Shown: piece after piece, positions 1 to 10,171 of the stretch
Numbering within the stretch: the stretch's first letter is position 1
How the letters are laid out: every line of letters starts with the position of its first letter
Assembly: GCA_963716175.1 (NCBI GenBank)
Contig: OY970296.1
Location: 3,200,001 to 3,264,000, forward strand
DNA length: 64,000 nucleotides
Direction: 5' to 3'
Origin: an uncultured Armatimonadetes bacterium
Lineage (GTDB): Bacteria > Armatimonadota > Hebobacteria > Hebobacterales > Hebobacteraceae
Translations under genes and position numbers: made by a program
The notes under the pieces: model-generated
Database searches by the model: none
What the model saw: the letters and a program-made list of their open reading frames with translations, nothing else
What the model was told of the DNA's origin: nothing

Positions 1-308
1 TTGTGTGGTCTCTGTTCCAGGCGGCGCTGCTGGCCGCGCCGTCGCGTTTGCTGCACCTGGTGCAGCCGGCCGTGGGCTCTTTGCCTGTCGGTCGGCGAGA
101 CGCGCGCTGGCGCAGCGCGCTGCTCCCTCCCACCGGCCTGGTCACTCGGCGTTTCGCCCGGCGAGAGCATGCGGCCTCCGACCGTCCCCACCATGGCGTG
201 GCCAGTCGCCAGGTAGTAGGTCACCCTGAAATCATAGATAAGCACTACCAGCACGGCCACCATCAGGATGATGGTGATCCCCAGCAGTGTCGGCACAGAC
301 CGATCCAT
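1..308 (-). CDS. Hypothetical membrane-anchored protein, runs off window start
   Basis: RBS GAGGAGG then ATG at 308; MDRSVPTLLGITIILMVAVLVVLIYDF (N-terminal TM helix); no stop before position 1. Confidence 0.6.
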   Translation of the reverse strand, partial: MDRSVPTLLGITIILMVAVLVVLIYDFRVTYYLATGHAMVGTVGGRMLSPGETPSDQAGGREQRAAPARVSPTDRQRAHGRLHQVQQTRRRGQQRRLEQRPH

Positions 309-511
309 GGTCCACCTCCTCTCCCGCTGATCCATCCCTGGCGCGGCCGCCCCGGCCGCCACACGGCGGGCGGGAAAGCCCGGCGCAAGCGAAGGCCCTC
401 ATAGGAAGGTATCGGCAAGTGGACCGGCCGACTGTAGCGGCGCAGACAGCAGCAGAGGGGCAATGGGGACGCAGGCACACCCGCCGCCACTTCTCCGGCA
501 GCTCCCCGGGG

Positions 512-670
512 TCAGTTGCGCTGGTGCCGCACCACCAGGTGCCAGATCACGCCGACCACGAGCAGCAGCACCCCGAGCGGGACCGCGACATGCACCAGGA
601 ACGCTACCAGTTGCAGCAGCGCTCCCACCACGATCAGCACCAGTCCCACCACGATCAAGGTGTGGGCCAT
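512..670 (-). CDS. Small 52-aa two-helix membrane protein (not in ORF track)
   Basis: Hand translation MAHTLIVVGLVLIVVGALLQLVAFLVHVAVPLGVLLLVVGVIWHLVVRHQRN; start 3 nt after upstream stop. Confidence 0.7.
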   Translation of the reverse strand: MAHTLIVVGLVLIVVGALLQLVAFLVHVAVPLGVLLLVVGVIWHLVVRHQRN

Positions 671-673
671 GGC

Positions 674-1658
674 TCACCCTCTGCCGGCAGTGGCGCGGGT
701 GGAGGAAGGCCTTGCGGCTTCGGCCAGCCTTGCCTCCGGGAACAGCACGCACCAGGACAGGGGAATCACGATCGGGGCTAAAGGCAGGTAGACCCGCACC
801 TCTTGCGCGATCGCCACCGCGTAGTGCAGGGCCACATAGGGCGGCACCAGCCAGAGCGAGCGCCGCAGCATCTCCCGGCCCTCGGCGCTGGCCCATGAAA
901 GCCAGCACCCACAGCGCACCGAAAAGCAGGAAGACGTAGACCGTTGGCAGCACTGTGCTCAGGTTCCGCCACAGCATCACTACATCGCAGTAGTAGCCGC
1001 GCGGGCCGTAGATCATCAGCATTCCGCCATACACCAGCACCCAGGCCGCCCCCAACGCAACCGTGGTCCAGGCCAATCGCAGCGGCCGCTCTTTTCCCCA
1101 GCCGATGATGAGATAGAGGGCCGGGATCATCGCCACCGTCTCTCGGTTCAGCGTTCCCACCAATACCAGCGGGAGCAGCAGCAGGTCCCTCCGCCGCGCC
1201 AGCGCCCAGAAGGCGAGCACGAAGACCAGCAGATTGATGGGGTCGCTCTCCTGCACTACGCGCCAGTAGGTGAAGGGGATGATCGCCGCCAGAAAGAGGG
1301 CGCCGGCCGCGGCCGCGGCCGGCGAGAACCATATCCTCAGATAGCGGTCGAAGCAGAACAGGCCCAGGCCGGTGGCCGCCGCCCGCACTGCGAAGTAGGC
1401 GGCGTAGATGCTCTCGCCCGGCATCAGGTAGCGCACCATCTCGGCCAGCCAAGGGGTCAGCGGCCGGTACTGATTGGGGGCCGGTGCGGAGCCGGAGATC
1501 ATCTGGAGATGCCAGGAGGGGAGCTCCTGCAGATTCGCGATGCGGGCCCAGATCAGCGCGCTGGCCGCGCCCAAGCCCAGATAGAGCAGGAGAAGGCCGA
1601 TCGAACCTGGCAGAGCCGTTTCCTCCGAGCTGGCCGTGAGTTTCTCTCGCGGGGGCAC
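674..1658 (-). CDS. Polytopic membrane protein (GT-C-like), apparent frameshift at ~874-876
   Basis: Multiple TM segments, motifs YRPL and LNRET; hydrophobic C-terminus continues in the 674..919 frame after a CCC run. Confidence 0.65.
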
Positions 1659-1733
1659 AGTGGGATCTCAGTCCCGGCCCGGCGCGCTTGTCGGCCGGCC
1701 GCGCACCGCCGTCTCCGCGGTCGAGCACCCCAT

Positions 1734-2291
1734 CTAGCGCTCGCCCTTGTTCAGTTCCGCCAGAATGGCAGCCCTCAACTCGGCCTCATGATCCGGCCCC
1801 ACCTCCCCCTCATAGCGCACCTCATTGATATACAACGTCGGCGTGCCATTTACCCCGCTGCGAACCCCCAGCATCTTCTCCCTCTTTATCTTCTCCAGCA
1901 GGGCCGGGTCCTTCATATCCCGCTGAAAGCGGTCTTCCTCCAGGCCCAGCTCCCGAGCATAGCGGGAGAGCTCATCATCGCCGAGCGCTCCTCTGGCCTC
2001 GAACAGCCGCTGGTGCATCTCCCAGAACTTCCCCTGCCGTCCCGCCGCCTCCGCCGCCAGCGCCGCCTTCTCCGCCCGGGGATGGAGGCTGAATACCGGG
2101 AATGGGCGGACCACGAAGCGCACCCGGGGCTCCAGCGCCTTCAGCACCCGCTCGATCACCGGGTGGGCGGCCTGGCAGAAGGGGCACTGGTAGTCCATGT
2201 ACTCGACCAGCGTCACCGCGCCCAGGGGGCCTCGCGCCCAATCCTCGTCCGAGACCGGCCGCTTCAGCCGGGGAGGCTGTTCCGAGGTCAT
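1734..2291 (-). CDS. DsbA-family thioredoxin-fold protein
   Basis: EYMDYQCPFC (CxxC) and GVNGTPT cis-Pro motif. Confidence 0.9.
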   Translation of the reverse strand: MTSEQPPRLKRPVSDEDWARGPLGAVTLVEYMDYQCPFCQAAHPVIERVLKALEPRVRFVVRPFPVFSLHPRAEKAALAAEAAGRQGKFWEMHQRLFEARGALGDDELSRYARELGLEEDRFQRDMKDPALLEKIKREKMLGVRSGVNGTPTLYINEVRYEGEVGPDHEAELRAAILAELNKGER

Positions 2292-2761
2292 GCTCCCTCT
2301 GCCTGCATCTTCTCCAGCACGTTGAGCAAGCGATCTGCGCCCGGATTCTTACCGATCTCCGAGACGTAGCTATAGCGCACTACTCCCGTGTGGTCAACGA
2401 TGAAGAGCGCGCGCTCTGCCATTCCGTCCTCACGCATCACTCCGTACTGTGACGCCACTGCCCCTTTTGGATGGAAGTCGGCCAGCACCGGAAAGGTCAG
2501 CCCATTGCTCTGGGCAAAGGCGTGCTGCACATACTTGCTGTCCACAGAGACCCCCACCACGCGGGCCCCCAGTCGCGCGAGCTCGTCCTTTACCTCCTCG
2601 AGCAGGTTCATCTCGTTGGTGCACACCGGGCTGAAGGCCAGGGGGAAGAACGCCAACACCACATGGTGCCCTTCCTTCAGCAGCTTCGACAGACGCACTT
2701 TTCCCGCTGATCCGTCGAGCTCGAAATCGGGCGCCTTGACGCCCACGGCAAGTGGCGGCAT
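2288..2761 (-). CDS. Peroxiredoxin (AhpC/TSA, AhpE-like)
   Basis: FFPLAFSPVCTNE peroxidatic motif, ERALFIVD; stop overlaps DsbA start. Confidence 0.9.
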   Translation of the reverse strand: MPPLAVGVKAPDFELDGSAGKVRLSKLLKEGHHVVLAFFPLAFSPVCTNEMNLLEEVKDELARLGARVVGVSVDSKYVQHAFAQSNGLTFPVLADFHPKGAVASQYGVMREDGMAERALFIVDHTGVVRYSYVSEIGKNPGADRLLNVLEKMQAEGA

Positions 2762-2902
2762 GGTGATCTCCTTCCCATCGTGCTGCCGCTTGTGTTCTCC
2801 ACCCGCGGTGAGCGGCCTTGCCCAGGTAGGTATGTAATGTCGCAAGCGGCGACCAATGTGCGCCGGCGCAGCAGAGCACGACGAGCAGGCCTGGCCCGCA
2901 GG

Positions 2903-5542
2903 TCACATCGGCAGCTCCAGGGCTCGCTGCACATATACGGCCATCTGGTCCCGGCTGCATACGTACTCGGGATGGTAGAGGCCATCGAGGTAGCCGCGTA
3001 CGACAGCGACGCTGCCCTGCGCCAGGTACTCGATGTACTTGAACGCCCAGAATGCGGCCGGAACATCCGCGAAACTCGGGTGGGTGGGAGGGACATATCC
3101 GGCCAGGCCTTCGTCTCCCATAGGATAGGCGATGGCGCGGGCGATGAAGGCGGCCATCTGCCCCCGGTCGAGCGTGGCCAGCGGCCGGTAGCTGCCGTCC
3201 TCGTAGCCCTCCACGATCTGGTTGGCGCGGGCGTATTCGATGTACTTGTAGGCCCAGTGAGAGGTGGGGACATCGGAGAAGTAGGCGTGGCCAGGCCCCG
3301 GGGGCACGCCCGCCTCGCCCCCGGCCACCGCCCGGGAGATGTAGACGGCCATCTGGTCGCGAGTGACTGGCAGGCTGGGCCGATAGGTCACGTCCGGGTA
3401 GCCGAGGACAATCCTCGCATCCACGCAGGCGATGATCTCCAGCCAGGCCCAGAACCCGGGAGGGGCATCAGGGAAAGCGACACGGATGCCGCGGCGCCCG
3501 ATCGCGGTGTCATAGCCCCAGCCGTTGGTCACCATCAGCTTCACCGTCTTCGAGCCTGGCGCTTCGTAGGTGTGAACGGGGTTGAGCTGCCTGCTGGTGG
3601 CGCCATCCCCGAACTGCCACAACCGGCTGAGGGGGGAGCCGCTCGAGCGGTCAGCGAACCTCACCATCAGGGGCGCGATCCCGGCCGTGGGAAAGGCGCT
3701 GAAATCTGCCGTCGGCGATCCGGTGATGGCCAGGTGCACTACCTGCCCGTTGCCCGTGTCGGCCACCCAGCAGGAGCCATTGCTCTCATCCACCGAGATG
3801 GAGCTGGGCAGGTAGAAGCCACCTCCCCACCAGAGCCTGGTGCCATCCTGGGCCAGGTGCGCCACCTGGTAGCGATAGCTATCAACCACCCAACACGAGT
3901 CGTCAACCGGGTTGACGGATAGCGAGCCGCCGGCGCTGAACCCAGGGGACTGGCCCACCTCTGCGCCGGTCTGGTCCAAGTGCAGCACGCGGCCGCTCCC
4001 CTCTCCCTCGTCGAGCAGAACCCAGCACGACCCATCCTGCGAGTTCGCAGAGACGAATGCGGGCGAGCCGCGCAGACCCCCGATCCGCACCAGCTCACTG
4101 CCGTCTGCGGCCAGATGAACCACCTGCTCAGCCCCCGCATCCGCCACCCAACACGACCCGTCTTCCTGATCAACCGAGAGCGATATGGGCTGGCCGAAGC
4201 TGCCGCGCCAGAGCTCGATCCCCCGCCGCGAGAGGTGGACCACTTCGCCTGCGCCGGTGCTCTGGCTGAAGTCGGCTACCCAGCAGGAGCCGTCGGTGGC
4301 ATTGGCCGCCAGCGCTCTGGGTTGGCCCAGCAAGCTCCCACCACGCCAGGCCTCACTGCCATCGCCTCTCAGGCGGATCACCTGTGCATCATCCGCCACC
4401 CAGCAGGAGTCATTGGTCGGGTTGACGGCCACTAGGTTGGGCTGGCCGGAGAAGCTGCCCCCACGCCACAGCTCGGCCCCGTCCTCGGCCACGTGCACCA
4501 CCTGTGCGTCGAGGCTGTCGGTAGCCCAGCAGGAGCTGTCGTACAAGTTCACTGAGACCGACTCCGTCTGGTAGCGCCCGCCCCCGCGCCACAACTCCTC
4601 GCCGTCTTCGGCCAGGTGCACGAGCTGGTTGCTGGCCAGATCGGCCACCCAGCAAGAGCCATCTATGGGGTTGACCGCTGCCGACCTGGGCCACTGGAAG
4701 CTCCCGCCTCTCCATAGCTCCGCGCCGCTCTCCGCCAGGTGCACCACTTCGTCGCGGCCATAGTCGGCCACCCAACAGGAGTCATCCTGCGGGTTGGCGG
4801 AGACCGAGACGGGGTTTTCGAATCCCCCGCCCCGCCACAGCTCGGTCCCGTCCTCGGCGAGGTGGACCACCTGGTTCCCCGCCCAGTCTGCCACCCAACA
4901 GGAGCCGTCCTCCGGGTTGACGGAAAGAGAGGCGGGCCCGCCAAACTGCTGGCCCCGCCACAGCTCTGTCCCATCCCGATCCAGGTGCGCGACTCCGGAG
5001 GCGTGTGGGTCCACCGCCCAGGCCACCCAGCACGAGCCGTCCGCCGGATTCACTGAGATCGCAGACGCGCCGGGGAAGCCGCCCCCCTCCCACAGCGTGG
5101 CCCCAAACTCAGAGAGATGCTCGATCTGCCCACTGCCCCGGCTTGCCACCCAGCAAGACCAGTCCGTCGGATTGGCCGAGACTGACACGGGGAAGTCGAA
5201 ACCCCAGGTTCGCAACTGCTCCGCGCCGTGCTTGTCCAGATGCACCACCGCATCGTTCCAGGTGTCAGCCACCCAGCAGGAGCCATCGCTGGGGTCGACC
5301 GATAGCGACTCCGGCGCCCAGAAGCCGTTGGTCTGGCTGAGCAGCGTCCCGCCGTCAGCCACGTGCATGACACTCGAGCCCACCGCCGCCCAGCAGGACC
5401 CATCGCTCGGATCAACCGCCACCGCGCGAGCGGAGCCAAAGGGGCTGCGCCAGGCCTCGGTGGCGAACTGAGCGGCGCTGGCAGGGCAGGCCACGGCGAC
5501 GAGGAGGAGGGGCAGTTCAGACATTAGGCGAGGCCATCTCAT
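2903..5542 (-). CDS. Secreted surface protein: 14 NHL-like beta-propeller repeats, PKD domain, three SLH domains
   Basis: Signal peptide; 14 repeats of SVNPxDGSCWVADxxxxQVVHL; WQFGDG..NPVHTY (PKD); FPDxP..FWA / TRDQMA (SLH). Confidence 0.85.
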   Translation of the reverse strand: MRWPRLMSELPLLLVAVACPASAAQFATEAWRSPFGSARAVAVDPSDGSCWAAVGSSVMHVADGGTLLSQTNGFWAPESLSVDPSDGSCWVADTWNDAVVHLDKHGAEQLRTWGFDFPVSVSANPTDWSCWVASRGSGQIEHLSEFGATLWEGGGFPGASAISVNPADGSCWVAWAVDPHASGVAHLDRDGTELWRGQQFGGPASLSVNPEDGSCWVADWAGNQVVHLAEDGTELWRGGGFENPVSVSANPQDDSCWVADYGRDEVVHLAESGAELWRGGSFQWPRSAAVNPIDGSCWVADLASNQLVHLAEDGEELWRGGGRYQTESVSVNLYDSSCWATDSLDAQVVHVAEDGAELWRGGSFSGQPNLVAVNPTNDSCWVADDAQVIRLRGDGSEAWRGGSLLGQPRALAANATDGSCWVADFSQSTGAGEVVHLSRRGIELWRGSFGQPISLSVDQEDGSCWVADAGAEQVVHLAADGSELVRIGGLRGSPAFVSANSQDGSCWVLLDEGEGSGRVLHLDQTGAEVGQSPGFSAGGSLSVNPVDDSCWVVDSYRYQVAHLAQDGTRLWWGGGFYLPSSISVDESNGSCWVADTGNGQVVHLAITGSPTADFSAFPTAGIAPLMVRFADRSSGSPLSRLWQFGDGATSRQLNPVHTYEAPGSKTVKLMVTNGWGYDTAIGRRGIRVAFPDAPPGFWAWLEIIACVDARIVLGYPDVTYRPSLPVTRDQMAVYISRAVAGGEAGVPPGPGHAYFSDVPTSHWAYKYIEYARANQIVEGYEDGSYRPLATLDRGQMAAFIARAIAYPMGDEGLAGYVPPTHPSFADVPAAFWAFKYIEYLAQGSVAVVRGYLDGLYHPEYVCSRDQMAVYVQRALELPM

Positions 5543-5719
5543 CTTGCTCACCTTCGGCTGCAAGTCAACACAGGGCAGCGCCCGCGGGCCCAACTGGATG
5601 AGTTCCAGAGGTGGTGAGGCCTTCCTGCCGGGCGTTAGCCGAGAGGTCCGCCCGGCACCACCGGCGAACCCTGGTGCTTCGTGTCGGTGGCTAGCATGAC
5701 ACGCTGAGAGGAGACGGCC

Positions 5720-6961
5720 ATGGCCCTTTCGCCACTTGAGCAGAGCCTGCTAACTGCCCTGGAGAGTATCGAAGTCATCGACGCCCATGAGCATCTGTCG
5801 CCCGAGGCCGATCGCGTCAAGGCCAGGGTGGACGTCTTCACGCTGTTCTCTCACTACACTTACGGTGACCTGATGGCGGCCGGCATGTCCGAGTCGGACT
5901 ATCGGGCGACTCAGAATGCCGATCTCCCTCTGGACTATCGCTGGCGCTTGTTCGCCCCCTACTGGGAGCAGATTCGCTGGGGCAGCTACGCCCGCGCCGC
6001 CTTGCTTGCGGCCGCCAAGTTCTACGGCGCCGATGACATCAACGAGAAGACCTATGTCTCCATTTCCGAGAGGATGGCAAAGGCGAACACGCCCGGCATC
6101 TACCAGCGGGTGCTGCGCGAGGCCTGCCACATCCGCACCTCCCTGACGCAATGCGGGCGCACCGACCTGGGCACGCCCCTGCTCACGCCGGTGATGCCGC
6201 TGCTGCTTCACGATCTGTGGGAGGTGGAGTCGTGGCGCCGCATCAGCCAGCCCGACCTCGCCCCCGGCGCCGCCATTCGCACCCTCGACGATCTGCTCGC
6301 CGTGACCCGCGCTTACATCAACCGCGTGAAATCGGAGGGGGCGGCCGGCCTGAAGATGGTGTCCAATCCCTACGGTGAGCCCAACCGCGGCGGCGCCTAT
6401 CAGGCCTTCGAGCAGCTCCGCACCGGCGCGGTCTCATCTCTCCCCTATGTCAACCCGCTGCGCGACTACCTGGTGGACGAGGCAGTCCGCTTCGCCGGCG
6501 AGCAGGACCTGGCGGTGGCCGTCCACACCGGCTACTGGGGCGATTTCCGCACCCTCGACCCCCTGCACATGATTCCCATCCTGCAGCGGCATCCGCGGGT
6601 GCGCTTCGATCTCTACCATCTCGGCTATCCCTGGTTGCGCGAGTCCATCATGTTGGGCAAGGGCTTCCCCAATGTCTGGCTCAACTTCTGCTGGACTCAC
6701 ATCATCTCCCAGCGTTTTGCCATGGATGCCCTCGACGAGGTGATTGACGTCGTACCCATGAACAAGGTCGTCGGCTTTGGCGGGGACTACGGTGTCCCCG
6801 TTGAGAAGGCCTACGGCCATCTCGTGATGGCCCGGGAGGACATGGCGCGGGTGCTAGCCCGGCGGATCGAGCGGGGCCAGATGAGTGAGGATCAGGCCTT
6901 GGCACTCGCCCGCAAGTGGCTGTGGGATAACCCCAAGCAGCTCTACCGCCTCAATGTCTAG
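5720..6961 (+). CDS. Amidohydrolase family protein
   Basis: IDAHEH, VHTG, LYHLGYP, FGGD metal-binding motifs. Confidence 0.85.
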   Translation: MALSPLEQSLLTALESIEVIDAHEHLSPEADRVKARVDVFTLFSHYTYGDLMAAGMSESDYRATQNADLPLDYRWRLFAPYWEQIRWGSYARAALLAAAKFYGADDINEKTYVSISERMAKANTPGIYQRVLREACHIRTSLTQCGRTDLGTPLLTPVMPLLLHDLWEVESWRRISQPDLAPGAAIRTLDDLLAVTRAYINRVKSEGAAGLKMVSNPYGEPNRGGAYQAFEQLRTGAVSSLPYVNPLRDYLVDEAVRFAGEQDLAVAVHTGYWGDFRTLDPLHMIPILQRHPRVRFDLYHLGYPWLRESIMLGKGFPNVWLNFCWTHIISQRFAMDALDEVIDVVPMNKVVGFGGDYGVPVEKAYGHLVMAREDMARVLARRIERGQMSEDQALALARKWLWDNPKQLYRLNV

Positions 6962-6968
6962 GCCTTTT

Positions 6969-6994
6969 GTAGGGCGGGCATGCCTATGCCCGCC
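6969..6994 (+). repeat. GTAG-type REP palindrome
   Basis: GTAGGGCGGGCATGCCTATGCCCGCC; related copies at 25423, 39244, 61014, 63381. Confidence 0.7.
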
Positions 6995-7026
6995 GCCAAT
7001 GCCGGCGCGCCGGATCATGCGGACCG

Positions 7027-7908
7027 ATGAAACTGGAACGCCCCGCCTCGCTCCGCGCTGACCTCGCCCTGGTCGGCATCGCCGCCATCTGGGGGTTCAC
7101 CTTTCCCGCCATCCAGTTGGCGCTTCGCGACGCCGGCCCGCTCACCTTCATCTCCCTGCGTTTCGGCCTTGCCGCGGCAGTCCTGGCCGCGATCTTCCGC
7201 GGGCGCGCCTTTCGCTTCACTCGCTCCGGCCTGGGCTTCTCGCTCGCGCTGGGCCTGTGCCTCGCCTCCGGCACGGTGCTGCAGACCTTCGGGCTGCTCT
7301 ACACCACCGCCTCCAAGTCGGCCTTCATCACCGCCCTCTACGTGGTGCTGGTGCCGCTGATGGCAGTGGCCGCCATCCGGGTGCGGCCTCGAGCCAGCTC
7401 CCTGCTCGCAGTGCCGGTGGCCACTGCCGGGCTGTACGAGATCACCTCCGCGCGTGTCACTGGGTTCAACCTGGGGGATCTGCTCACCGTGGGCTGCGCG
7501 GTGGCGTTTGCCGCGCACATCGTGATCGCCGAGATCGCCGCCCCCAAGCACGATCCGGTCGCGCTGACCTTCGGGCAGGTGCTCACCACCGCGGTGCTCA
7601 GCGCAGGGCTGATGCTGGGCGCGGAGACTCCCCATTTCGCCCTCACCCCGTGGACCATTACCGCCCTGGTGGTCACCGGCCTGTTTGCCACCGCGCTCGC
7701 CTTCGCAGTGCAGATGTGGGGCCAGCGAGAGACCAGCGGCACCCACGTCGCCCTGATCTTCACCGCAGAGCCGGTCTTCGCTGCCATCTTCGCCCGGCTG
7801 ATCCAGCAGGAGAGACTGGGCGCTCACGGGCTCATCGGCGGCGCGCTGATCGTGGCGGCGATTCTGCTGTCGGAGATCGGCGCTCGCCCGCACCCCCGGC
7901 GCGACTGA
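7027..7908 (+). CDS. DMT/EamA family transporter
   Basis: IWGFTF, ~10 TM, two EamA halves, EPVFA motif. Confidence 0.9.
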   Translation: MKLERPASLRADLALVGIAAIWGFTFPAIQLALRDAGPLTFISLRFGLAAAVLAAIFRGRAFRFTRSGLGFSLALGLCLASGTVLQTFGLLYTTASKSAFITALYVVLVPLMAVAAIRVRPRASSLLAVPVATAGLYEITSARVTGFNLGDLLTVGCAVAFAAHIVIAEIAAPKHDPVALTFGQVLTTAVLSAGLMLGAETPHFALTPWTITALVVTGLFATALAFAVQMWGQRETSGTHVALIFTAEPVFAAIFARLIQQERLGAHGLIGGALIVAAILLSEIGARPHPRRD

Positions 7909-7945
7909 GGAAGCCATCTGCAGATTCCGCAGATCACACAGACAC

Positions 7946-7975
7946 GGCGGCTTCGGGATTTCTCCCGAAGCCGCC
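7946..7975. terminator. Hairpin between convergent genes (possible bidirectional terminator), flanked by CGCAGA-type short repeats
   Basis: GGCGGCTTCGGGA-tttc-TCCCGAAGCCGCC. Confidence 0.55.
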
Positions 7976-8028
7976 AGACCATGCTGTCTCTGCGGTCTCC
8001 GCGTGTCTGCGGTGAACCGCGAGCTCCG

Positions 8029-9531
8029 CTACCAGAGGTGGATCAAGGCATCCACAGGCGCGTAGTCGTCGGTCAAGGTCGGCACATCCTTGGTCTGCAC
8101 CGAAGGACCGATGTAGTTCGCCACCCGGGAAGCAAGCAGGCTGTCCTTGATCAGTTTGCCCTGCATCTGGGCGGTGCGGCTCCGGATCTTCTCGATCCCG
8201 ATACGCTGGTCCGAGTTGACCGCGAACACCTCGAAGTTGAAGGCCGAGGTATCGCTGTCCACTACCTTGAACCCATAGAGCTGCGGGAACACTTCGGCCA
8301 TGGTGCGATAGACAGAGCGGAAGAACTTGCTCTTCGGACCGGCCATCTGGCCGATGAGGTTGTTGGCGAACACCCCGCCAGGCCGCAGGTGGGAGCGCGC
8401 GATCTGGAAGAACTCCCGGGTGGCGAGGAAGAAAGGGACGGTGTCCGCATAGTAAGCGTCGAGCAAGATCAGATCGTACTGGTTCTTCGTGCGCCTCAGA
8501 AAGATGCGGCCGTCCGCCTGGTGGACAGCTAGCCTGGGCCCCGGGTGGACGTCGAAGTAGCGAGCCGCGATCTTGATCACATCCGGGTCAATCTCCACCG
8601 CGTCCACCTTCACCTGCGGGTAGTCGCGCACCAGCCGCTTCGGCACCGAGCCGCCGCCCAGGCCAATGACCAGCACGTCGTGGATGCCGGGGTTGAGCAG
8701 GAAAGCGATGTCCACGTAATCGGTGTAGGGCAGGCCCCGTCCGTGGGGGTCCTTCCGGTCCATCCGGGTGTGCCAGATGTTGTCCGCTCGCAGGTAGCGA
8801 TAGGGTCCCTCATCAGTCACGAACAGCCGGTGGTAGGGGCTGTCCCGCTCCAGCAGGATGCGCTCGGCCGCGTATCCCGGCTGCGCCAGGCCCAGGGCCG
8901 CCAGGGCCAGCACGGCGGCCGCCGCTCGCCCCGGCCGGCGCCAGGCCCCAGCCACGATCGCCAGCGTCCCGGTGCAGATCAGGCCGAGACCCAGGCAAGA
9001 CAGTATCTTCCTGGTGCCATAGGCCGGGATCAGGTAGAACGCGGAGCCCAGGGTGCCGACGATGCTGCCCAGAGTGGAGATGGCATAGACCATCCCCGCG
9101 GTCCGCCCCACTTGCGTCACGGTGCGGGCGGTGAGGCGGATAACGAAGGGCGAGGTCGTGCCCATGAGCAGACCTGGCAGAAAGAAGAGGACGAGGGAGG
9201 CCAGCAACGGATTAGCCCGGGGCCCGAGATCGCGGAGGGCGATGCGGTCGGAGATGGCGACTCCCCAGTGAGGCAGCAGCAACACGCAGCCCCCGGCGGC
9301 GAGCAGCAGCAAGCCCAACAGCCAGGGCCGCGGGGCGCGATCCGCCAGGCCGCCTCCCAGGTAGTACCCGATGCTCAGGGCGGCCAGAAACACGCCGATC
9401 AGACTGCCCCAGACGAAGATGGATCCCCCGAAGTTGGGTGCCAGCACCCGGCTGCCGACGATCTCCAGCGCCATGAGAATGGCGCCTGACAGGAATGCCA
9501 CCAGCAGCAGGAGGTACTCGATCCAGGCCAA
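8029..9531 (-). CDS. Fused MFS-like membrane domain / spermidine synthase-like SAM-dependent enzyme
   Basis: N-terminal TMs with LEIVGSRVLAP; VLVIGLGGG, VEIDP, YDLILLDAY. Confidence 0.9.
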   Translation of the reverse strand: MAWIEYLLLLVAFLSGAILMALEIVGSRVLAPNFGGSIFVWGSLIGVFLAALSIGYYLGGGLADRAPRPWLLGLLLLAAGGCVLLLPHWGVAISDRIALRDLGPRANPLLASLVLFFLPGLLMGTTSPFVIRLTARTVTQVGRTAGMVYAISTLGSIVGTLGSAFYLIPAYGTRKILSCLGLGLICTGTLAIVAGAWRRPGRAAAAVLALAALGLAQPGYAAERILLERDSPYHRLFVTDEGPYRYLRADNIWHTRMDRKDPHGRGLPYTDYVDIAFLLNPGIHDVLVIGLGGGSVPKRLVRDYPQVKVDAVEIDPDVIKIAARYFDVHPGPRLAVHQADGRIFLRRTKNQYDLILLDAYYADTVPFFLATREFFQIARSHLRPGGVFANNLIGQMAGPKSKFFRSVYRTMAEVFPQLYGFKVVDSDTSAFNFEVFAVNSDQRIGIEKIRSRTAQMQGKLIKDSLLASRVANYIGPSVQTKDVPTLTDDYAPVDALIHLW

Positions 9532-9675
9532 GGTTTCGTTCCAGACCTACATTCCTACATGCTAGGTTCCCCGATGGCAGGGAGGGTTCCTCTGGGGGAA
9601 GGCGGCGCAAGCGCGGAATGCAGCGGGGCCCCGGCTCGTCTCTAACAGCGGACAATCCCCGTCCGTCACGCGAGT

Positions 9676-9720
9676 GACAAGCTAACGGAGTCCGCCGTCG
9701 GCGGACTCCGTTAGCTTGTC
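9676..9720. repeat. Perfect 21-bp inverted repeat, 3-nt loop
   Basis: GACAAGCTAACGGAGTCCGCC-gtc-GGCGGACTCCGTTAGCTTGTC. Confidence 0.85.
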
Positions 9721-9823
9721 CGGAGACTGATCTGCCCGGCGCTGCCAGCAAGCTGCGCGAAGACGTCTCAGGGGAATCACACCTCGGATCTGGCAGAACC
9801 CCGGCTGCCGGAGGCGCGCAAGC

Positions 9824-10018
9824 TCAGTCCACGATGACGAGCTTCGGCCCGGCTTGTCTCCCCTGGTGAGGCATCACCAGGTGGAAACCGTGCCTGCGAA
9901 GTGCCTGCCTCAGCTCCCTATCCCCATTCACCCAGCCGAACAGCTCCCCCGTGCGCGGGTCTCGCACTTCCTGCAGCAGCCTGACTTCGACGGGTAGTGC
10001 GGTTGGTGCTTGGCTCAT
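9824..10018 (-). CDS. Small hypothetical protein (64 aa)
   Basis: ATG start, non-repetitive globular composition, fills intergenic gap. Confidence 0.5.
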   Translation of the reverse strand: MSQAPTALPVEVRLLQEVRDPRTGELFGWVNGDRELRQALRRHGFHLVMPHQGRQAGPKLVIVD

Positions 10019-10171
10019 GGCTTCGACTCCTGGTTCCCCGCCGGCTTGTTCAGCTATTCACTTGACTTGATGCCACTTCTTGCGCGTTCTTTCCCACATT
10101 TCAGGGCTGGATGTGGACACCGCTCATCCGGATATGGCATTAGAGTGCAATCTCAGCAGAGTCGGATTCCC

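Noticed and set aside
3730-5430. Tandem DNA repeats suggesting a DGR or array
   Set aside because: Explained by protein-level beta-propeller repeats; no reverse transcriptase or adenine-specific variation
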